12,748 nucleotides of DNA from Oscillospiraceae bacterium. Lineage in GTDB: Bacteria; Bacillota; Clostridia; Oscillospirales; Oscillospiraceae. Position numbers and translations under genes: made by a program. The stretch is from NCBI GenBank assembly GCA_031279125.1, contig JAITJC010000010.1, positions 1 to 12,748 of the forward strand, in the 5' to 3' direction. Shown here in pieces: positions 1-6,751 of the stretch. The notes under the pieces were generated by a model, which made no database searches, was not told the DNA's origin, and saw nothing but the letters and a program-made list of their open reading frames with translations. Positions within the stretch are counted from its first letter, which is position 1. The number at the start of each line of letters is the position of its first letter.

Positions 1-2481
1 ACTTGGACCCAGAACGGTAAGTTCCTTGTCGGGGAATACCTCGCCGAGACCGTTATCGATGAGTTCGTTACCGAGAAAAAGTGGTCCGGTGGCGATCTCG
101 CCCTCGCTTATGAGTGGGACGATTTTGTCGAGGTTTGGATCAATGGTGTGGAGTACCAGCTCCCGTCGTCTTCTTCGTTCAATGTCACGGGGATCGGCTA
201 TGTGACCGAGACTTCTCCCGCTATCAAGCGCGGCAGCACGGTCAGCATCTTCCCGGAGATCGGTCTCAAGGTTCAGCTCTTCGATTCCGGCGAGGTTTAT
301 GAGGATACGTCTATCAAAAAATACGCCGTCGACAACGGCAAGATAGGCAAAATCGTCATCACCTATGAGCACCTCGCCGAGGTCACAAAGGTCGACAGCG
401 CGCGCGGCACCATAGATCTCAAGTTCTGGCACTACGCTGACCCCACCGCCGCCGCCGCCGCGACCATCACCACATACGAAATCACGGATTATCCCACCGA
501 CGAGACCTTCGCGCTCAAAGATTACGTCGTCGTCACACTCCAGGAAGGCTACACGCGCGGCTATCCCGGCAGTTACTGGGATGACAGTAACCAAAATAAC
601 ACCGTTGACTCCGGCGAAATTAAGTACGACGGCACCATCCTCGCCGCCGCTGTGCTTCGTGTCGCGCCCGTGGAACAGGTTTCCGTCAAGGCGGCGAGCT
701 ACACGCGCGGCGTGAACGCCGGTTCTTCGACGTCGAACTATAAGACTACGCTCGCCACGCTCACAACCGACACGTCGGACAAATACATCTTCGACTCCTT
801 CTACCGCTTCGGCGTCGGAGACACGCCGAACTTCGACGGCTCGGCGCTCCTCATCCTCGATTCCAACGGGCGCGTCATCGGCTTTACGGGCGATGTCGCA
901 GGCCCCGCCGCGCTGAAATATGTCTACGTTGAGGACATTGAAGTGCCGCAGTACAGCCTCGGCACGCCGCGCGTCCGCGCCAGCGCGTACTATCCCCTCA
1001 CCGGGGAGACGAAAGTAATCGACCTGCCTGTGAAATACAAGGATGCGAACACCGGCTACGTCGTGACGATCAACAGCGTCGATCTGGCGGTGGCGAGCAT
1101 CGATGTGGGCAACCAGTACCTCGTGAGCCAAGGCACCAGTTGCAAAGGGCTGCTCGGCTGGTACTGGTACACCTCCGCCGACGATGCCTCGACCATTACC
1201 CTCCGCAGCAGTCTCACCGGCAATGAGGGCGTTCTCGGTACAAAAGCGGGCTCGATAAAAACCGTGCCGGGAGACGACACCGTCTACGGCGTGGGGACAA
1301 TCACCGCCGGATCATTCTTCGTGCGGACCAACCCGATTGAGGCGGGCTTCTCGGTAGCCGGGAACGCCTTCGGCCCTATCTACACTGACTCCAAGACGCT
1401 CTTCTATTACAGAGGCGTGAAATACACCGGCTACACGGCATTCCCGTGGAACGCGTCCACGGCGGCGGGCGGTTCCGCCCTCGCGGTACGCGGCTCCGAC
1501 AAGATCATCGACGCGCTCTTTATCTACAAGGGCGAAAACATTGACGCCGCGCTCACCACGTTCGCAATCATCAAGGCCATGCCCTACGACTGGGTGACGA
1601 ACGACAGCAAGATTGATTACACCGTAGTTGGCTCGACCGCCGCCATCACGAACGCCGGCGTCTACGAACTGACGGACACGCAGATCCCGACATACAGCAT
1701 CGGCGATATCGTGCTCGTCAAGCAGACCTCCGAAGGCTGGGAGATCGACGACTACATCTCCGCGAACAACACTTACACCGACGGGAAGTACATCGTGGAC
1801 TTCTCCCACCCCGACTACGAGTATTTCACCGTGCCTGACGCGACCGTCAAGGCCGCCATCTGGACGAACTCCATCCCCTACCTTGACGGCGTGGCCGCCT
1901 TAGACAACCAGAGCGGCGGGACGCTCAAGCCCAAGACAAAACCCGACATCGGGGACGAGGTTCGCATCATCATAGGGACGCCCGTAGGGGCTTTCTCTCC
2001 CGCGGCACTCGCCGTCGTCATCGTGAAATACAGCGACCAAGTTAAACAAGACGCGGCGGCAGCTTATGCGGCGGCGGCCGGTGGCACGACTGACAGCAAC
2101 ACGTGGGTTATCAGCAATATCGGCACTCCCGGACTGAGCGATGTTATTATTGACGTCGCCATAGGAGGCACCCCCATCAGCGCCACCGGCTCATTTAGCT
2201 GGTCGAGCTCGGGCGCACAGATAACCGCCGTAATCAAGAATGACGTGACATACGGGGGCGGCTACTTCGCCACCCAAGGCAACATAAAGCAGATCGTGAC
2301 GAACAATTCCGCAATCCGCGTCGTCGTGAACTCCGTCAACGCATATGACGGAGACAGCAACAGCACTCTGGACGACGACGGAGACGAAAAAATAGATATC
2401 GGCGTGACCATCACGGATACCGTGAACGGATCGTCTAAAACAATCACAATCAGCTTGCGGGGGATGAATATAAGCGCGTAG
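1..2481 (+). CDS. Large secreted/cell-surface protein, C-terminal 826 codons (5'-truncated by window edge); function unknown
   Basis: Frame 1 is open from nt 1 (TWTQNGKFLVGEYL...), so the GTG at 148 in the ORF track is probably internal. The stop is TAG at 2479-2481. The protein is Thr/Gly/Val/Asp-rich and Cys-poor, with Ala runs (PTAAAAATITTYE; DAAAAYAAAAGG) and a beta-strand-like C-terminus (IDIGVTITDTVNGSSKTITISL). It strongly prefers C-ending codons and is followed by a strong terminator. I recognised no catalytic motif. An S-layer or adhesin role is a guess. Confidence 0.75.
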   Translation, partial: TWTQNGKFLVGEYLAETVIDEFVTEKKWSGGDLALAYEWDDFVEVWINGVEYQLPSSSSFNVTGIGYVTETSPAIKRGSTVSIFPEIGLKVQLFDSGEVYEDTSIKKYAVDNGKIGKIVITYEHLAEVTKVDSARGTIDLKFWHYADPTAAAAATITTYEITDYPTDETFALKDYVVVTLQEGYTRGYPGSYWDDSNQNNTVDSGEIKYDGTILAAAVLRVAPVEQVSVKAASYTRGVNAGSSTSNYKTTLATLTTDTSDKYIFDSFYRFGVGDTPNFDGSALLILDSNGRVIGFTGDVAGPAALKYVYVEDIEVPQYSLGTPRVRASAYYPLTGETKVIDLPVKYKDANTGYVVTINSVDLAVASIDVGNQYLVSQGTSCKGLLGWYWYTSADDASTITLRSSLTGNEGVLGTKAGSIKTVPGDDTVYGVGTITAGSFFVRTNPIEAGFSVAGNAFGPIYTDSKTLFYYRGVKYTGYTAFPWNASTAAGGSALAVRGSDKIIDALFIYKGENIDAALTTFAIIKAMPYDWVTNDSKIDYTVVGSTAAITNAGVYELTDTQIPTYSIGDIVLVKQTSEGWEIDDYISANNTYTDGKYIVDFSHPDYEYFTVPDATVKAAIWTNSIPYLDGVAALDNQSGGTLKPKTKPDIGDEVRIIIGTPVGAFSPAALAVVIVKYSDQVKQDAAAAYAAAAGGTTDSNTWVISNIGTPGLSDVIIDVAIGGTPISATGSFSWSSSGAQITAVIKNDVTYGGGYFATQGNIKQIVTNNSAIRVVVNSVNAYDGDSNSTLDDDGDEKIDIGVTITDTVNGSSKTITISLRGMNISA

Positions 2482-2504
2482 CCCCCCCGCTTTTGCTTGA
2501 CGCA

Positions 2505-2544
2505 AAACAACCCCCCGCCCGGAAACGGGCGGGGGGTTGTTTGT
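2505..2544 (+). terminator. Rho-independent terminator of the upstream surface-protein gene
   Basis: A perfect 17-bp stem pairs 2505-2521 (AAACAACCCCCCGCCCG) with 2526-2542 (CGGGCGGGGGGTTGTTT) around a GAAA loop (2522-2525). The T-rich tail TTGTTTGT partly lies within the 3' arm. The A-tract on the 5' side gives it a bidirectional look. Confidence 0.85.
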
Positions 2545-2567
2545 AAAACGCGGGAAAAATTTTATTG

Positions 2568-2596
2568 TTGACAACAGCGCCGGAACAGCATATACT
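2568..2596 (+). promoter_or_regulatory. Sigma-A/sigma-70-type promoter for the three-gene operon
   Basis: TTGACA lies at 2568-2573 and TATACT at 2591-2596, separated by an exact 17-nt spacer. It sits directly after the terminator and about 12-27 nt upstream of the candidate start codons. A G-rich SD-like element GGGGGAAGGTG follows at 2610-2620. Confidence 0.6.
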
Positions 2597-2607
2597 CTTT
2601 ATTCTGA

Positions 2608-4542
2608 TTGGGGGAAGGTGTTGTGTTTGAGCCGGACACGGCGGTTAAGCCGAAACGTCTGATGGTCTACGCGCCCGATGCCGCAAGCGACATCTGCGCC
2701 AGCATGTTGAAAGATCGCAAGGTCATACTGTACGGCGCCGACGGCGTCGGGAGGACGGAACTGATGGTTCGCGTCCTTGATCGTTTGTTGCGTATGGGGA
2801 AAATGCGCGCCGGCGATTATCGCGTCCTCAACTACGTCGAAAGCTTCACGGAGACCGCCAAAGCCAACGCGCCGCCGGAGATTGCCGAAGAGAACGCCAT
2901 AAGCACCCTGTATGACCTGTTCGCGCGCGAGGGCAAATTTGTTTTCGCCGATAACATAGACAAGACAGTGCTTGAAGACTCGTCCCTGTGCTATCTGCTC
3001 GGGCTCAAAAACGTCCTGATCACGGCATCGGGCGCCGACGTTCTGGGCAAACACGACGGCGATTTCGTGAAGTACGAAATCGCGCTCCCGGACGAGCGGG
3101 AGTGCCGTCATCTGTTCGACGACCCCGACTCAACGGGCGGCGCGTACAATCCGTTCAGGCGTTTCGCCGCCCGCTCCAAAGACGAAAAGGAATTCGGCGA
3201 CTATGTTTTTGATACACTTTACCGGAAAACCGCCGGACACCCGATGGCTCTGCGCTTGGCTGATAAATTCGGCGAGGCGATGGGATACTATAATATAATA
3301 GACAGGATAAGCGAACTCGACATCGATATGCGGGGCGCGATATCTTCGCGTGAGGCGTTCGGGAAGATAATCGACCTGTATCTCGAATCGGACGCCTGCG
3401 ACGACGAGCAGCGGCGGATTTTGCGCCTTTTCTCACTTATGCCTTACCGTATGCTCCGCGAGGCCGATATCGCTTCGGTCACGGGCGGGAAATGCTCCTG
3501 CGCTTTGTCGAGGCTGGCCTCGGTATCGCTTATCCAAAGCCACCAAAGCCGCGGCGGCGGCATGTATTACGCCATCCATCCGATAATCGCGGAGGCGATC
3601 CGCGCGAACGGCATCGACATTGAGCTCTGCCGCGAGATTATTTACGATAAGCTCCAGACAAAGCTGTCGGAATTGCCGGGGGATGGGCTTTGCCGCTACG
3701 CGTGGATGACGCAGCTCGTCAAGTCGGCGGCGATGTACTATATGCACGACGCGCTCGGGCGGACGTATGACGATTCGCTCAGGGCGGCGCTGTTTTCGTG
3801 CCTCGGGACCATTTTTCGCAAACGCGGGAGCGCCGATAAGAACCATTACGAACGCGCCAAGACCTGGCTCAACCGCGCGCTCGACATACAAGAGAGGCTC
3901 GCGGAGGGTAAAACGCCCCCCCGCGCCCGGTTCGACCTCGCGGTCACGCTTTGCAATCTCGGGGAAATATACCTCGACGGCGAGCCCGAACGCGCGCGGG
4001 ACTTGCAGGAGTGGGCGCTGGAGCTGAAACGCGGGATACGCGACCCGAGCATCGAGAACATTGCGCTGCATGTCGCGAAAAGCTGCGCCATACTTGCTGA
4101 AACCCTGCGCAGATTATATCGCAGGACAGAGGACGACGAGGATTTGAAAAAGGCGTTCAAGCTACAAGCGGAAGCCGTTTCCCTGCTGGAGCGGTACGGC
4201 GGCGCGGAGGCGGGTATCGAACTGGCGGACATATATGAGAAGAAAGCCGAAGAGGCGCGTGACAACGGCAATATGAAACTCGCCATATATCATCAGCTTA
4301 CGGCGCGCGACTGCGTTATGAGGACTCTGGAAGCGGCTGAACCCGAAAAACCCGTAACCGCGGAACGCGCGAAACCGAGGAACGCCGGCTTTGAATGTGC
4401 CGTTCTGAATCACAGGCTGGTGAATGTGTGCGAACAGCTGTCCGATTTTTACTTTGACGCGGACGAATACGGACTGGCGCGTTTTTACAAGGAATTCGTT
4501 AACCGTGAACGCTCGGGAAGGGAGCGCGTGTATGGCGTCTGA
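2608..4542 (+). CDS. NB-ARC-like STAND NTPase-fold protein with C-terminal TPR-like repeats; Walker A/B degenerate (predicted pseudo-ATPase sensor/scaffold)
   Basis: The order of motifs matches AP-ATPase/NB-ARC. The P-loop-like ILYGADGVGRTEL lies at nt 2734-2757, with Arg49 (AGG 2752-2754) where the Walker A Lys belongs. The Walker B-like KFVFADNID lies at 2938-2961 and reads D-N instead of D-D/E. A 'TTR'-like VLITASG lies at 3013-3033 and a 'GxP/GLPLAL'-like TAGHPMALRLA at 3235-3252. Winged-helix-like motifs are LRLFSLMP, LASVSLIQ and YYAIHPIIAEAIR (MHD-like position). Helical TPR-like repeats span about 3770-4330 (e.g. YERAKTWLNRALDIQERL, DLAVTLCNLGEIYLDGEPERARDLQEWALEL). The start is uncertain: TTG 2608 is the longest ORF and GTG 2623 sits just after the SD-like element. 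The stop is TGA at 4540-4542. There is no N-terminal effector domain. Confidence 0.65.
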   Translation: MGEGVVFEPDTAVKPKRLMVYAPDAASDICASMLKDRKVILYGADGVGRTELMVRVLDRLLRMGKMRAGDYRVLNYVESFTETAKANAPPEIAEENAISTLYDLFAREGKFVFADNIDKTVLEDSSLCYLLGLKNVLITASGADVLGKHDGDFVKYEIALPDERECRHLFDDPDSTGGAYNPFRRFAARSKDEKEFGDYVFDTLYRKTAGHPMALRLADKFGEAMGYYNIIDRISELDIDMRGAISSREAFGKIIDLYLESDACDDEQRRILRLFSLMPYRMLREADIASVTGGKCSCALSRLASVSLIQSHQSRGGGMYYAIHPIIAEAIRANGIDIELCREIIYDKLQTKLSELPGDGLCRYAWMTQLVKSAAMYYMHDALGRTYDDSLRAALFSCLGTIFRKRGSADKNHYERAKTWLNRALDIQERLAEGKTPPRARFDLAVTLCNLGEIYLDGEPERARDLQEWALELKRGIRDPSIENIALHVAKSCAILAETLRRLYRRTEDDEDLKKAFKLQAEAVSLLERYGGAEAGIELADIYEKKAEEARDNGNMKLAIYHQLTARDCVMRTLEAAEPEKPVTAERAKPRNAGFECAVLNHRLVNVCEQLSDFYFDADEYGLARFYKEFVNRERSGRERVYGV

Positions 4543-6745
4543 CAAGTCTTACAAACAAATCCTGAGAATACAGGCCGGAAAGGAGTCTTCACTGTACCTT
4601 CCGGAAGGGGAGGAGTTGGAAGAAAGCCTTTTTTGGCCGTTGTTCCAACGCGCGAACGTACAATTAAATGAAATAATCGCCGCGTCGACGGACTATATCG
4701 GAAAGCATCCCGTTCAGCCGTCCTCCGTCCGGGATGGGGCGTATGAATCGCCGCTCGCAATCCCTCGCGTTCCTCACATTGCGAGCTATGCCGCGAACGT
4801 GATTGCCTTTTGCGGGGATCGCGGGCAGGGCAAAAGCTCCGCGATGCTGACTTACGCGAAGTATCTGAAAGCATTCTCGGAGAAGCCTTCGGAATACCGC
4901 GCCCCCGGCACGAATCCGCGCGGGGCGTCGTATTGCGTCCTCGACCGCATAAATCCGCAGCAATTGGAAGAGCATGAGGACATCCTGACAGAGGTCATGT
5001 CGATGATGCTTCAAAAACTGGAGCGAAAGATTGAACGCGACAATCTTTCCCCGGACTATTACGACGAGTTTTTGACGCTGCTGCGCGAGTGCGTGATGCT
5101 CATAAACTCGAAAAAATCTAAAAAAGACGTTGTGTCAGAACGCTTTGAGGACGAAATAACGGGGTTGCTTCACCGCGCCAGAAGCGCCGATCTGCGTTCG
5201 ATTTTCGCGGAGCTTGTCCATCTGTTTTTACTGTTGTTCTTCGGCAGAAAGACCGACGATAATGGCGCGGCGCTCGTCGTGCCTATCGACGACGTGGATC
5301 TCGACGTAAAGCGCGCGTACTCTGTGGCGCAGGAAATCCGCAAATATCTGGCGGTGCCGCGCGTTGTGGTGCTGATGGCTGTAAAGCCCGAACAGCTGCA
5401 GTGGGTCGTCAAGCAGCAGTACATAAGCGAGTGTATGGACATTCTGAAGTATGACAAAGAATTTGACGAGCATACGATCCGGGATATGGCCGCTAAGTAT
5501 ATGGACAAGTTTCTGCCCGACAGGCGCCGGGTGTATCTTTTAGATTTGTCTGTTTCCGGCACGGACATAACCTTTGAATATTTGGACGGCGACGGCAAAA
5601 CGCTTCTTTCTGCGCACGACGGCGTGGGTTACCGCAAAGCCGTCTGCGACTACGTATATCGTAAGACGGGGGTGAGGTTCTCTCACGCGGAAGAGCACTC
5701 GTCGTCGATTGTGCCGCGCAATATGCGGGATCTCGTCGAGTTCATGGGCTTTTTACATTCGATGAAGGACTTTCAAGCGGACGCGCCCGGACAGGGCGGG
5801 GCGGATACCGGTAAAAAGCCTGACAGAGCCGTGTGGCTATCGAACCTTCAGCGCTTGGAGGATTACATCACGAATTCCTACGCGCCTCGGCATTTGCGAA
5901 GCGTCGATCTGGATACGGTCAAGCGTATCGCGAAAGAGCCGCGTTTTGAAAAACACGAAATCGCGATAAGAGGGCTGATTAAGGTCTCTGAAAGCATCGT
6001 TGCCGACTCGGACGGGTTCAAACTGTGGCGAATAGCCTCAGGTGAAGCCGACCGTTCCGTATGGCAGGTGGCATCCAACGCGGCGTATTGTGAAAGCGTG
6101 CTTTGCAATGATTACATGTACTGTCTGTCGTTTGCCGTTTGCGCGCTGTACACTATTGAGGCGCTGCGGTTGCTGATAGCCGGTGAACGCCCGGCTTTTG
6201 ACGATTACAAGGCTTTTGTCGGAAAGTTTGATTTTAAAACGACATTCGCCGAAACGTCGACGAACTCGAATATGGTCGCGGAGATGTTTGAAGATTTGTT
6301 CGGCGAACGATTGGTTGATGCGGTGCGCGGCAATATTGAGAATAACGTGTTTTCGGACAGTACATTGCTGCTGTGCAACACGAATTTCGTGCTGGAATTG
6401 TTCCGCGAGCTTCAGAAAGAAATAAAATCGCTCAGCGATTTGGCTGAGGAGCCCGGTAAACTCGTTGACGAGATAAGATGCCGAGCAAAGAAAATCGCAA
6501 AGGACTTTGCGTATCCAAGGGATGAAAAAGAAAGCGGAGATCATATCTTCGACAGGCTGTTCGGCGACAAGGCAAAAGCATCCTTAGAGGACATACGGAA
6601 GAAAGCGCAGAAAGCGAAAGAGCAGAAAGCGAAGGAAGAAGGGGTGTCGCAGGCAGCTAAGGATGAGGTCGAGAAAAAGATAAAAACTCAGCAATCGGAA
6701 AATGTTTCAGGAGGCACAGAATCCCCGGGCGGCTCTCGGGAATGA
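4532..6745 (+). CDS. KAP-family P-loop NTPase (737 aa), positional equivalent of a RADAR RdrA-type ATPase
   Basis: ATG 4532 is preceded by AAGGGAG (4518-4524, 7-nt spacer) and overlaps the upstream stop by 11 nt. The ORF-track start at 4424 lies inside the previous gene and is unlikely. Walker A is intact as FCGDRGQGKSS (nt 4814-4837, Lys101). About 150 residues later comes a KAP-style Walker B block, ALVVPIDDVDLDVKRAYSVAQEIRKYLAVPRVVVLMAVKPEQLQWVVKQQY (from nt 5273, Asp253/254). This corresponds to the KAP consensus 'IDDLDR...vvfvla.d.e.l'. AAKYMDKFLPDRRRVYL follows it. The long insertion between Walker A and B is a KAP hallmark. The C-terminus is a Lys/Glu-rich low-complexity tail. Confidence 0.72.
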   Translation: MASDKSYKQILRIQAGKESSLYLPEGEELEESLFWPLFQRANVQLNEIIAASTDYIGKHPVQPSSVRDGAYESPLAIPRVPHIASYAANVIAFCGDRGQGKSSAMLTYAKYLKAFSEKPSEYRAPGTNPRGASYCVLDRINPQQLEEHEDILTEVMSMMLQKLERKIERDNLSPDYYDEFLTLLRECVMLINSKKSKKDVVSERFEDEITGLLHRARSADLRSIFAELVHLFLLLFFGRKTDDNGAALVVPIDDVDLDVKRAYSVAQEIRKYLAVPRVVVLMAVKPEQLQWVVKQQYISECMDILKYDKEFDEHTIRDMAAKYMDKFLPDRRRVYLLDLSVSGTDITFEYLDGDGKTLLSAHDGVGYRKAVCDYVYRKTGVRFSHAEEHSSSIVPRNMRDLVEFMGFLHSMKDFQADAPGQGGADTGKKPDRAVWLSNLQRLEDYITNSYAPRHLRSVDLDTVKRIAKEPRFEKHEIAIRGLIKVSESIVADSDGFKLWRIASGEADRSVWQVASNAAYCESVLCNDYMYCLSFAVCALYTIEALRLLIAGERPAFDDYKAFVGKFDFKTTFAETSTNSNMVAEMFEDLFGERLVDAVRGNIENNVFSDSTLLLCNTNFVLELFRELQKEIKSLSDLAEEPGKLVDEIRCRAKKIAKDFAYPRDEKESGDHIFDRLFGDKAKASLEDIRKKAQKAKEQKAKEEGVSQAAKDEVEKKIKTQQSENVSGGTESPGGSRE
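6607..6636 (+). repeat. Tandem 15-nt direct repeat inside the KE-rich tail of the KAP NTPase
   Basis: GCAGAAAGCGAAAGA (6607-6621) is followed directly by GCAGAAAGCGAAGGA (6622-6636), a 14/15 match. The pair encodes AQKAKEQKAKE. Confidence 0.8.
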
Positions 6746-6751
6746 GGCGTA

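Noticed and set aside
114-302. 62-aa + strand ORF at the left end
   Set aside because: It is out of frame within the long surface-protein ORF, which is open from nt 1, and has a Arg/Gly/Cys-rich nonsense-like composition.
3433-4071. 212-aa - strand ORF, plus other antisense or alternative-frame ORFs (1312-1809 -, 3846-4286 -, 8018-8437 -, 8626-9141 +, 8664-9110 -, 9699-10028 +, 9823-10242 +, 10724-11128 +, 11951-12382 +, 12372-12719 -)
   Set aside because: All are nested in or opposite to genes with clear protein-family signatures. All have the Arg/Ala/Pro/Gly-biased composition expected from out-of-frame translation of GC-rich coding DNA.
4424-4531. N-terminal extension of the KAP NTPase ORF (ORF-track start at 4424)
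   Set aside because: The extension lies wholly inside the 3' end of the STAND gene in another frame and has no SD. ATG 4532 has a well-spaced AAGGGAG and gives a plausible N-terminus (MASDKSYKQ...).
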